Shown: positions 20,639 to 29,652 of the stretch, in pieces
How positions within the stretch are numbered: position 1 is the stretch's first letter
Layout: each line of letters opens with the position of its first letter
Assembly (NCBI GenBank): GCA_023415375.1
Contig: JAEZKW010000104.1
Location: forward strand, 1 to 59,163
Length of the DNA stretch: 59,163 nt
Direction: 5' to 3'
Source of the DNA: Bacillota bacterium
Lineage (GTDB): Bacteria > Bacillota > UBA4882 > UBA8346
Made by a program: the position numbers and the translations under genes
Notes under the pieces: generated by a model
Seen by the model: only the letters and a program-made list of their open reading frames with translations
Databases searched by the model: none
Told to the model about the DNA's origin: nothing

Positions 20639-22486
20639 TCAAGCGATGGTCTGTCTTCCGTCAATCTCCAGGGCCGGCCAGTAGAGATCCACGCATAATC
20701 CGCCGTCGGGATTGGCGGATAGTGTAATCCCCCATTGCTCACCGTAAGCCAACATCAGTCTACGGTGAACATTAACCATGCCGTGAGCATTTTTAGTCGC
20801 AGTATCCGCCAAATCGGCCCGTGCTTTCCGTAATTGTTCCTGGTTTAAACCAATACCGTTATCGGAAATGATAAAATGGATCGCATTATTATCGCGTAAC
20901 CCGCTGATGGATAACTGGCCGCTTCCTTGTTTGGGTTCGAGACCATGGGCGAATGCGTTTTCCACAATGGGTTGCAGGAGCAGTTTGGGAATCTGGTATT
21001 TTAATATATCCGGTTCAATCCGGATCGCCACTTGAATCCGGTCACCATGGCGCAGTTGTTGCAATTTGATATAATTGCCCAGTTGTTCTATAGCCGATTC
21101 AATGGTGACGATGGTGGGCCCGCGGCCCAGACTGAGCCGGAACAGCCGGGACAGGTTGATAATCGCTCTGCCGCCTTCCTCATGGTCGCCACCCATGACC
21201 AGACGGTAAATACAATCCAGCGTATTATATAAAAAATGAGGATTAATCTGGGCTTGGAGGAATTCCAACTCTGATTGGCGGCGCGCCAACCGCTGCACAT
21301 AGGCTTCTTGGATTAATAATTCCAATTGTGCCGCGGTGGAGTTGAAGCTTTGGTAAAGTTGTCCAAACTCGTCTTTGCGCTGTTCCGTGATACGGGTGGT
21401 GAATTCCCCCATGCCAAGCTGATTCATTGCCAGGGAAAGCCGATGGACCGGACGGACCACATCCTGGAGGAGAAACCAGGTCAAAATCAAGGCCGCGATG
21501 ACGGCAATCACAACACTAATCCAAATATCAGTGGTTATTTCCCGGGTAATCGGACCATAAACTTCATTCAAAGGAATCGATTGGGTATAAATATAACCCA
21601 TGAAGCCACGCCGATACATTCCCAACTCTTTCTTCTTATTGTCATTTTGATAAATCAGATGACCTTCGGAAACATCGGGGCCGTCCGCCAGCGCTTTGGC
21701 AAGAAGAGGATTATGTCCGGCGTAATTTCTAAAGAGGCGGTATTTTTCATTCACGATGCTTCCCTGGGAAGGAATAGCCAAAAGAATTCCTTTGGCGTCA
21801 AAAAGTTCTCCATAAGGCTCGTTGCTTGGAAATAACGGTCCAATCGGGGTATCCGACAAGTCGGCGTTAAAATCAATCCCGACTACATGTTTTAAACTTC
21901 CGGTATTTTTTGGGGCTACCCAATAAAGCGGCATTATGGCGCCGGGTTGAATGTTGTCGCGAATGTTTCCGATAAAGCTTAACCTAAGATAAAGTTCTGT
22001 GGAATTGGAATTCATTTGAGTACCCAATTCTTCATCCGGCGTCTTTCCATTCAGAATCTGATTCCACCACGGCCGTTTTTTTAGGTCGTTCAAGGCGGAG
22101 TCGAGTCCCGCGTAAATTAGTTTTCCATCCGGATACACGATATAAGCGGCTAACGGATTAGTCGAATTATTGAGAGACACATGGATATCGACTAAATATC
22201 TGTTTAGAAAGCTTTGGATTCTATCCGGGTTTTTTGTTGCCAATAAATCGATTTGATTCGCCAAACTATAAGTCATTTCAGATCGCCGAGTAATTTCGTT
22301 TAAAACCCTGGACTCCGCATGTTGCAGCGATATTTGCAAGCTTTGGTAGGTCGTGGCGGTAATCTGATTTTTGATGCGCGTGGAGAAAAAAAAGGCCGTG
22401 AGCCCCGCATTGAGTAGGGAAACGAATAAAACTACCATGAGGATCTTGATTTGAAGGCTCCCATATTTGATCCGATCAAGGTTCAT
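20639..22486 (-). CDS. YesM-type sensor histidine kinase (extracytoplasmic sensor, HAMP, His_kinase PF06580-type, HATPase)
   Basis: Two TM segments flank a ~290-aa sensor domain. The H-box region is LQAQINPHFLYNTL. The ATPase region includes DNGIGL. Confidence 0.9.
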   Translation of the reverse strand: MNLDRIKYGSLQIKILMVVLFVSLLNAGLTAFFFSTRIKNQITATTYQSLQISLQHAESRVLNEITRRSEMTYSLANQIDLLATKNPDRIQSFLNRYLVDIHVSLNNSTNPLAAYIVYPDGKLIYAGLDSALNDLKKRPWWNQILNGKTPDEELGTQMNSNSTELYLRLSFIGNIRDNIQPGAIMPLYWVAPKNTGSLKHVVGIDFNADLSDTPIGPLFPSNEPYGELFDAKGILLAIPSQGSIVNEKYRLFRNYAGHNPLLAKALADGPDVSEGHLIYQNDNKKKELGMYRRGFMGYIYTQSIPLNEVYGPITREITTDIWISVVIAVIAALILTWFLLQDVVRPVHRLSLAMNQLGMGEFTTRITEQRKDEFGQLYQSFNSTAAQLELLIQEAYVQRLARRQSELEFLQAQINPHFLYNTLDCIYRLVMGGDHEEGGRAIINLSRLFRLSLGRGPTIVTIESAIEQLGNYIKLQQLRHGDRIQVAIRIEPDILKYQIPKLLLQPIVENAFAHGLEPKQGSGQLSISGLRDNNAIHFIISDNGIGLNQEQLRKARADLADTATKNAHGMVNVHRRLMLAYGEQWGITLSANPDGGLCVDLYWPALEIDGRQTIA

Positions 22487-22584
22487 TCCGCATCTTCCTC
22501 GCCAAAAATTTCTTCTTAGGGTTAGACTATATGAAGGTTACCAGAAAACCCAACAATAAGCAATATTATTACTTTAATAATGAA

Positions 22585-22622
22585 TAAGAACCAAGTTGCC
22601 CAAAAAAGCAATTTGGTTCTTA
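22585..22622 (-). terminator. hairpin after the ABC importer operon
   Basis: TAAGAACCAAGTTGC / GCAATTTGGTTCTTA forms a 15-bp stem with one G-U pair. On the minus strand a U-rich stretch (ATTCATTATT) follows. It sits between the permease stop (22646) and the kinase start (22486). Confidence 0.5.
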
Positions 22623-22645
22623 TATCGGCAATTTTGGAAAATTAG

Positions 22646-23509
22646 TTAGCCTTTAACACCGGTAGTGGCGATACCTCTCATAAAATATCGTTGTGCCGCA
22701 AAGAACAATACTATCAACGGCAAGGTGTATAACACTCCTACCGCCATTTGATAGGGGGTGGGAGGCATCGGAAGGGTGTAATTGACATTCGGTATGCGCA
22801 CATTCTGCATTTGAACCGCCAAAGTCTGGTTTTCGGTTGTTAAATATAATAACGGCGTTAGATAATCGGCAAAAGTCCATTGGAAGGTAAAAATACAGGT
22901 CGTAATAATGGCCGGACCTGATAACGGGAAAAAGATGTTCCAAAAGGTTCTGAACCGTCCGCAACCGTCAATTAATGCTGCATCCTCAAGCTCCTTGGGT
23001 AGGCTTGCAAAAAATTGGCGAAAAAAGAAAATAAAGATACCCCATCCGGGGGCGGCATTGATCCAAAACGGCAAATAGCACAAGGGCCAAGGCTTATTTA
23101 AAATGTTTAATTGGGAAAACATAATATATTGAGGAATCAATGTCACTAATTGGGGCAACATCATGGTCGCAAGGACGATTCCAAAGAGGAAATTCCGGCC
23201 GTGCGCCCTGTACCGGGCGAATCCGAAGCCCGCCAATGCGCTGGACATTGTGACCAACACCGTTGTCGTAAGACTGAGCGTTAATGAGTTACGTAACGAA
23301 GTAAAGAAGTCAATCGTCCGTGGGTCGAAAATTACTTCCCAGAAATGTTTCCATTGCATAATCTTGGGGAAGATTGTCACAGGATACTGGGTCAGTTCTT
23401 CCGGAGTTTTTAAGGCCATGATAAACATCCAGAAAAGGGGGAGCAGCGCCAGAAGACTGGTAAACAACATCAATAAGACAATTAAGAAACTGCTTTTTCG
23501 TGATCTCAT
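22646..23509 (-). CDS. CUT1 sugar ABC permease (MalG-like)
   Basis: The EAA loop is LEDAALIDGCGRFRTFW and six TM segments are present. ATG 23509 overlaps the upstream stop (ATGA); the track start 23842 is a spurious extension into the neighbouring gene. Confidence 0.9.
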   Translation of the reverse strand: MRSRKSSFLIVLLMLFTSLLALLPLFWMFIMALKTPEELTQYPVTIFPKIMQWKHFWEVIFDPRTIDFFTSLRNSLTLSLTTTVLVTMSSALAGFGFARYRAHGRNFLFGIVLATMMLPQLVTLIPQYIMFSQLNILNKPWPLCYLPFWINAAPGWGIFIFFFRQFFASLPKELEDAALIDGCGRFRTFWNIFFPLSGPAIITTCIFTFQWTFADYLTPLLYLTTENQTLAVQMQNVRIPNVNYTLPMPPTPYQMAVGVLYTLPLIVLFFAAQRYFMRGIATTGVKG

Positions 23510-24504
23510 CTTTCGTTTCCCCCGTCCTGTTCGACTGAATAATGAACCCAATATTTGCTTGATTTCCAGACGATCAAAGTGATCAACAATGTCAGAATAA
23601 ACATGATCCAAATCAAGGCCACTCCATACCCGGCCCGATTGGCAACCATCATTTGATTCATGGCGTAACCCGGGAACATATACATACTGTGCTGCGGCGT
23701 CCAAAACGTTGTAGCGTCGGTTGATACGCTCATGATGCTCGCCGGAATAAACATTTGCAAGGAGTTGATAATTCCCAACACGATCTGAAAATAGGTAATC
23801 GGACTTAATGTCGGCCATATTACATGGCAGAAAATTTGCCAATTCCCGGCGCCGTCGATTGCGGCGGCTTCCTCAAGCTCATGGGGTATTCCCTGCAGAC
23901 CGGCTAAAAAAACCACCATCGCTGTGCCGCAGCCCCAAACGGACATCGCGACTAGGGTGTACAGACCGTAATCGTTAAGCCAATTAATGGCGGTGCCGGG
24001 CCGGAAGATACTGATGATTAAATTTAAAAAACCCGAATTAGAGTCCAAAATCGATTTAAATACCAAAGCGGCGGCGCCAATCGGGATCATTGTCGGTAGG
24101 TAAAAAGCGGTTCGGTAAAAACCGCGGCCTGGTATTTTTTTGTTCAATACCAAAGCCAGACCTAAAGCGGTAGCCAAAGATAAAGGTATCGACAATAACG
24201 AATAGAATAAAGTTTGACGCATGGTATACCATGTTTCCGGGTTATGAAAAGCCTCGGTATAGTTGGAAAACCCTATGAATACGCTCCCTTTGACATCCAT
24301 GCCGTTAAAATTGGTAAAACTGATCATGACTGCTAAAATCAAGGGAAATACCAACAAAAGAATGATGCCCAACAACCAGACTGAGATAAACCCGTAAAAA
24401 GCCGTCCCTTCACTTTTTAATAAGCGGCTCAGCAAACTCGGCTTATTAATGTTTTGCAGCGACTTTTCAATGGATTCCAATCTTGCAGAATTTTTGTCTT
24501 CCAT
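23506..24504 (-). CDS. CUT1 sugar ABC permease (MalF-like)
   Basis: The EAA loop is LEEAAAIDGAGNWQIF. ATG 24504 is preceded by GAAAGGAG. Confidence 0.9.
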   Translation of the reverse strand: MEDKNSARLESIEKSLQNINKPSLLSRLLKSEGTAFYGFISVWLLGIILLLVFPLILAVMISFTNFNGMDVKGSVFIGFSNYTEAFHNPETWYTMRQTLFYSLLSIPLSLATALGLALVLNKKIPGRGFYRTAFYLPTMIPIGAAALVFKSILDSNSGFLNLIISIFRPGTAINWLNDYGLYTLVAMSVWGCGTAMVVFLAGLQGIPHELEEAAAIDGAGNWQIFCHVIWPTLSPITYFQIVLGIINSLQMFIPASIMSVSTDATTFWTPQHSMYMFPGYAMNQMMVANRAGYGVALIWIMFILTLLITLIVWKSSKYWVHYSVEQDGGNER

Positions 24505-24574
24505 GGGAAAACTCCTTTCGGTATTACAAGAACGGGAAGGGATAGTTCCCGTCCCGTTCAATTGAGGAGGTTGG

Positions 24575-25855
24575 TTATTTGTCCGCCGCCCTGCTGTCCT
24601 CAATGGCTTTATTCACTTCGTTCTCTACATTCGCCAAGAATTGATCCAAGGTAATGTCGCCGCGGAGAGCCAGTTCGAAGTTTTTGCTGACCGAACTGTT
24701 AAACACATCTGGCAGAATATAGGGGGAAGGGGTGTCCACTTTGATATATTTCATTTCATTTTCAAGGTTCAGCTGCCGTTCTTTACCCAGTGCAGTATCG
24801 GTAGCCACCAATCCGAGCAATGATTTCTGAGCGGGAACACCCCAACCGCTGGCGGCGCGGTCTTTGGACGGTTGGCCGCCAAAGAACCAATCGTATACCC
24901 GGAAGGCCGCTTCGGGGTTCTTGGTCTTGCTGGAGATGAAACCGCCGACGATATTGAAGGACGGGCTGTTCTGGGGGCCTTTAGGATCCCAAACTGGTGA
25001 AGCAATTACGCCGACCTTGCCCTTGTTCATATCGCCCTCGCACATCGCACCGTACCAGTAACCGTAGAAAATCATGGCTACCCGTTCGTTTTGAAACATT
25101 TGTCCTTCCCATCCCTCAGAAGGGGAAACCGGGCTGGAAACGATTTTCTCTTTGGCCATATCATAGAAGAATTTCACAATCTCTTTCGCTTTAGGGTTTT
25201 TAGCCAAGATTAATTTCGTGCCGTCTTTGGAATAAAGTTCTTGGCCTGCGCTTAACATTGCGGCAATGATTTGATGGTAAGGTTCACCGGGCCAGAAGGC
25301 CAAACCCCGCCGTACAACCCGGTCACCTTGGACCTTTTGCAATTTTCGAGCGATTTCGGCCATCTGCTTATAGGTCATCGGCTTCGTAGGACTCGGGAAG
25401 GGAATCCCGGCTTCGGTAAAGACATCTTTGTTGCAATAACCGATAGTGGTCGGACTCCAGTCCTTGACAACTCCGTAGAGTTTCCCTTTGTACTTGAATG
25501 AATCATTGATCGGGAGGAGGTCTTGTTTTTTAAGATATTTGGCTTTTTTAAAGAAAGGATCGATATTCAGCGCCATTTTATGCGTTGCCAGATAGGGGAT
25601 CCAAGCGCTGTTACACCGCATGATGTCCGGCGGATTGCCGGCGGCGTTCATGGCCATATAGCGTGCGGTGTCGGTTTCCACCCGGACAATCTTGATATCC
25701 GGATTGGCTGCTTCAAATTCCTTGGCCATTTCGGATGGAAATTCCGTATTGTTGTACATGACAGTGACTGTGATCTGCTTGTCGGCAAAAGTCGTCAGGT
25801 TAAGACCAGCCACGGCAATCAACAATGCTAATGCAAAAATCCAGGTTTTTTTCAA
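24575..25855 (-). CDS. extracellular solute-binding protein (family 1) of the sugar ABC importer
   Basis: The ~425-aa length and composition are typical of this SBP family. The signal peptide has no lipobox Cys. The probable start is TTG 25855, 8 nt after AAGGAG. Confidence 0.8.
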   Translation of the reverse strand: MKKTWIFALALLIAVAGLNLTTFADKQITVTVMYNNTEFPSEMAKEFEAANPDIKIVRVETDTARYMAMNAAGNPPDIMRCNSAWIPYLATHKMALNIDPFFKKAKYLKKQDLLPINDSFKYKGKLYGVVKDWSPTTIGYCNKDVFTEAGIPFPSPTKPMTYKQMAEIARKLQKVQGDRVVRRGLAFWPGEPYHQIIAAMLSAGQELYSKDGTKLILAKNPKAKEIVKFFYDMAKEKIVSSPVSPSEGWEGQMFQNERVAMIFYGYWYGAMCEGDMNKGKVGVIASPVWDPKGPQNSPSFNIVGGFISSKTKNPEAAFRVYDWFFGGQPSKDRAASGWGVPAQKSLLGLVATDTALGKERQLNLENEMKYIKVDTPSPYILPDVFNSSVSKNFELALRGDITLDQFLANVENEVNKAIEDSRAADK

Positions 25856-26173
25856 ATCTCTCAACTCCTTTATGATTTTGTAAAATAGGTGGGAATCAAC
25901 CCTTTCAAGATAGGGCTTATCCCCTGTATTTGATAAAAGTGTAACATGAAACAAGTCATTAACAATATGGAAAATTAATGCTATTTTTAGGATTATTTTA
26001 TCTAATAAATAGTCCTGGGTTGCTTTCTGATGGCGGTTCGGATACCATCAAGACTGAAGCCTACTCCATGCGGCAAATATTGGCGACTGAACGGGGGATT
26101 ACCGTGTGGAGATACATCATCTCTCCAATAGTCATTGAAACATCGAAATAAAAATACTGAAAGGAATGTGTTC

Positions 26174-28918
26174 ATGATGAACCCGAACTTTAAAATTGAT
26201 AGATGCTGTTTTCTATCCGACTCCGGCGAATTCCAGCTGGACAATCCCGATAAAACGGGTTATCTTTACTTCCCATTGGCAAATGAAGCGGGGATGATGT
26301 CGTCGATCACCCCAAGTTTAAATGGAGATGCCAAGACGGGACAAAGTTCATTTTTATTGACCCCGGTTTCAGCCGAGGATTTGCATAACAATCGTTCAGC
26401 CCGGAATTTTTGGCTGTTTGTCGATGGCTACGGCCCCTGGTCCGTTTCCGGAAATTCCGCTTTACAGAAATCCGGGAATTTTTCCGGGACGGGTGACGGG
26501 GATCGTGGTTGGATTGAAGCGGGTTTTCTATGGCACCGGGTAATTCGGGAAAACTTGGGGATGGGCATCCGGACTGAGACAACCGGATTTGTGCCGGTAA
26601 ATAACGATACCGTGGAGCTCATGCGGGTCACGATTACCAATATCGGTCAAAATGCGATCCGAATTTGGCCGACTGCGGCCATCCCTATTTATGGGCGCTC
26701 GGCAGACAATCTGAGGGATCATCGTCATGTGACCGCATTGTTTCACCGGATCGAAACGACATCCTTTGGCGTCGAGGTAAAGCCGACGTTACGGTTCGAT
26801 GAGCGTGGTCATAAAATCAATCAAATATCATACATGGTGTTGGGGGCTGACGAAAACGGTACGGCGCCCGTTGGTTTCTTCCCGGTAGTGGAGGAATTTA
26901 TCGGGGAAGGGGGTTCCCTCGACTGGCCCGAAAAAATCGTGCGGAATTCCGGAGACTTTACGAAAGCCGAAGTTTCCCGCGAGGGATACGAGGCAATTGG
27001 CGCATTACGCTTTCAAGATATTATGTTGGAGCCTAGTCAGTCCAAATCTTATATTTTAGTAATGGCAATCAATCAAGGCCATACCCAAACCGGTGATTTT
27101 GTAAAGGAATATTGCAACGGGAAACAGTTTACGGATCATATGAACCGCAATCGGGAGTTTTGGAACAAAAAGTTATCCCGGTTGACCTTTTATAATGGAG
27201 ATTCCGATTGGGCCGCCTGGATGAGATGGGTTTCATTGCAGCCAATTTTGCGGCGGATTTACGGTTGCTCTTTTCTACCCCATCATGATTACGGCCGCGG
27301 CGGGCGGGGATGGCGCGATTTATGGCAAGATTGTTTGGCGTTGCTGATGTTGGATCCCTCGGAAGTTCGGCAAATTTTATTAAACAATTTTGCCGGGGTG
27401 CGAATTGACGGAAGTAATGCGACTATCATTGGTTCAAACTCCGGTGAATTCATCGCGGATCGGAACAACATCAGCCGGGTTTGGATGGACCACGGAGCCT
27501 GGCCTTTTATAACCACCAGAATTTATCTTGATCAAACCGGAGATTTGGAGTTTCTTTTAGAAAACCAAACCTATTTCAAGGATCGGCAAATCCACCGATC
27601 CAAACAATGGGATTTGGACTGGCGGCCCGAAGACGGGAATCAAGTTATAGCAGTTACCGGCTCCATTTACCAGGGAAGCATTTTGGAACATGTCTTGCTG
27701 CAAAATATTACGCAATTTTTCAATGTAGGCGAACATAATACCATTCGGCTTGAGGGCGCGGATTGGAATGACGCGATGGATATGGCGGCCGAAAAAGGGG
27801 AAAGTGTGGCGTTTACCGCGCTTTATTGCTACAATTTACGTGAAATCAGCCAATTAATCCGGGCCCTTGAAGTAAAAACGGGCCGCGACCGAGTTGAATT
27901 GGCGGAAGAAATCCTTCGTTTGTTCGATACTTTGACTGAAAAGATCGATTATAATTCCGTGACAGAAAAAAGGGCGTTGCTGCAAAGATTTTTCGATTCT
28001 TGTCGCAACCGAGTTTCCGGGCTAAAAATACCGGTCAAACTGAGCCGGTTAGCGGATGATTTGGATGCTAAGGCCGATTGGCTGACGTCCTATATCCGGA
28101 ACCAGGAATGGATTTCAAATGCCGAAGGGTACCGGTGGTTTAACGGTTATTACAATAACGACGGAGTGAGGGTTGAAGGAGATCACCCCGCAGGTGTCCG
28201 GATGACGCTAACCGGCCAGGTTTTTCCCATCATGAGCGGAATCGCGTCTCCGGAGCAAATCCGGGAGACAATTCGGGCAGTGGATCGGTATTTGAAGGAT
28301 CCCCAATTGGGTGGGTACCGCTTGAACACCGATTTCGGAGGAATCCAAACCAATTTGGGGCGGGGTTTCGGTTTCGCGTTCGGTCATAAGGAAAACGGTG
28401 CAGTTTTCAGCCACATGGTAGTAATGTATGCCAATGCCCTTTACCGGAGAGGGTTTATCCGGGAAGGCTATCAGGTGCTTCAGTCGCTTTATACGTTAAG
28501 TTCAGATTTTGGAAAGAGCCGGATTTATCCCGGAATTCCGGAGTATTTCGACGCCAAAGGCCGGGGGATGTATCATTATTTAACCGGTTCTGCCAGTTGG
28601 TATATTTACACCGTATTGCAAGAAGTCTATGGAGTCAAGGGATACTTGGGCGATCTCGCATTGGAGCCCAAGCTTGTTGCAGAACAGTTTGATGGTTCCG
28701 GAATTGCATCCGTGACAACAGTTTTCAACGATCGGAAACTTGACATCCGTTATCATAACCCTGCACATAAAGACTACGGCGAGTATTATATAACCAATGT
28801 TACTTTCAACGGGTTTCCGGTCAATTGTAAACCTCATGGAACCGGCGTTTTAATTACAAGAGATAAAATTACTAAATTGAATTGTTCAATAAATCAAGTT
28901 GAAGTAATGTTTGAGTAA
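26174..28918 (+). CDS. GH94-type disaccharide/oligoglucan phosphorylase (laminaribiose/cellobiose phosphorylase-like)
   Basis: YLYFPLANEAGMMSSITPSLNGDAK, RGWRDLWQD and the catalytic-Asp motif GADWNDAMD are present. There is no signal peptide. The start is uncertain (track 26135; ATG 26174 lies after AAAGGA). Confidence 0.8.
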   Translation: MMNPNFKIDRCCFLSDSGEFQLDNPDKTGYLYFPLANEAGMMSSITPSLNGDAKTGQSSFLLTPVSAEDLHNNRSARNFWLFVDGYGPWSVSGNSALQKSGNFSGTGDGDRGWIEAGFLWHRVIRENLGMGIRTETTGFVPVNNDTVELMRVTITNIGQNAIRIWPTAAIPIYGRSADNLRDHRHVTALFHRIETTSFGVEVKPTLRFDERGHKINQISYMVLGADENGTAPVGFFPVVEEFIGEGGSLDWPEKIVRNSGDFTKAEVSREGYEAIGALRFQDIMLEPSQSKSYILVMAINQGHTQTGDFVKEYCNGKQFTDHMNRNREFWNKKLSRLTFYNGDSDWAAWMRWVSLQPILRRIYGCSFLPHHDYGRGGRGWRDLWQDCLALLMLDPSEVRQILLNNFAGVRIDGSNATIIGSNSGEFIADRNNISRVWMDHGAWPFITTRIYLDQTGDLEFLLENQTYFKDRQIHRSKQWDLDWRPEDGNQVIAVTGSIYQGSILEHVLLQNITQFFNVGEHNTIRLEGADWNDAMDMAAEKGESVAFTALYCYNLREISQLIRALEVKTGRDRVELAEEILRLFDTLTEKIDYNSVTEKRALLQRFFDSCRNRVSGLKIPVKLSRLADDLDAKADWLTSYIRNQEWISNAEGYRWFNGYYNNDGVRVEGDHPAGVRMTLTGQVFPIMSGIASPEQIRETIRAVDRYLKDPQLGGYRLNTDFGGIQTNLGRGFGFAFGHKENGAVFSHMVVMYANALYRRGFIREGYQVLQSLYTLSSDFGKSRIYPGIPEYFDAKGRGMYHYLTGSASWYIYTVLQEVYGVKGYLGDLALEPKLVAEQFDGSGIASVTTVFNDRKLDIRYHNPAHKDYGEYYITNVTFNGFPVNCKPHGTGVLITRDKITKLNCSINQVEVMFE

Positions 28919-29094
28919 GTGTTCCATAAAACTAAACAAGCTATTATTAATTGTGTTCGGGAAAAATTTATTGAGATAGGTGGGGATGAATAATTAATAT
29001 GAAAGTTAATGATATTGGTCTTGTAAAAGTGAAAATATCTTTTACAACCGGAAGTTAGGTCATTATTAGATTTATAGCCTAAAAACCTGCTATA

Positions 29095-29145
29095 CGCCCT
29101 TTCACGGCGGTGACACGAGTTCGAACCTCGTTGGGACTACCAAAA
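29095..29145 (+). repeat. attR: orphan 3' part of tRNA-Glu (anticodon arm to CCA)
   Basis: 50 of 51 nt are identical to 8280..8330. The single difference is C versus T at T-loop position 60 (29126 versus 8311). No 5' half of a tRNA precedes it. Confidence 0.9.
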
Positions 29146-29162
29146 TTTAAAAAGTACAGTTA

Positions 29163-29190
29163 AAAGAGGTTTCTGACGAAACCTCTTTTT
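29163..29190 (+). terminator. rho-independent terminator, probably the original tRNA-Glu terminator displaced by island insertion
   Basis: AAAGAGGTTTC-TGAC-GAAACCTCTTT is followed by TTGT. It lies 18 nt after the tRNA fragment. Confidence 0.75.
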
Positions 29191-29617
29191 GTATTTATGG
29201 GGATAAAATGTATAGTACATGGCCAAAAATCAAATTTTGAAGATTTTACAGCACAGATTAAGGAAGACCTGATATTTGAGTCCGGAAAGTGTAAATTTTA
29301 AAATAGGAATAACAGAACAATAATATAAAACATGAAAGCCGGTTTTGTTGTTGCAGTACCGATATGTTTATTCGTCCTTACTAGAGTTTTGGTTATTTGG
29401 ACAACATTTCCCTAATTTAAATAAGAAGAGCACCCTCAGTTCAATACATCCAAGGTGCTCTTTTTTCATTGTCTACTCCCCTTTGCCGTGATTTTTTTCT
29501 GATCATTTTTCGCGGCAACCTTCCATTCAAATTTCTCCGGAAACTCTCTAATCTCCATAGGAAAAAAGGACCCTAAAAACGAGCACCATTGAAGGCGTTT
29601 TTTATTGAGGGACTCCG

Positions 29618-29652
29618 TTGACAAACAATTGGTATTATAATATAATACCAAT
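29618..29652 (+). promoter_or_regulatory. consensus promoter overlapped by a 23-nt perfect palindrome (candidate GntR/AraR-type operator)
   Basis: TTGACA (29618..29623), a 17-nt spacer, then TATAAT (29641..29646). The palindrome TTGGTATTATA-A-TATAATACCAA spans 29629..29651. ATG 29653 lies exactly 7 nt after the -10 hexamer and has no SD. Confidence 0.65.

Larger units (their letters stand above)
8280..29145. mobile_element. tRNA-Glu-integrated genomic island (~20.9 kb, integrase decayed) carrying a beta-glucan utilisation locus
   Basis: A 51-nt direct repeat (8280..8330 versus 29095..29145, one mismatch) equals tRNA-Glu position 28 to CCA plus AAA. A tyrosine-recombinase remnant lies next to the intact tRNA. 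The interior is visibly GC-richer than both flanks. Confidence 0.8.

Noticed and set aside
22646-23842. A 398-aa version of the MalG-like permease overlaps the upstream permease by ~330 nt.
   Set aside because: The first 111 residues are not permease-like. They lie out of frame inside the real upstream gene. ATG 23509 forms the usual ATGA stop/start overlap.
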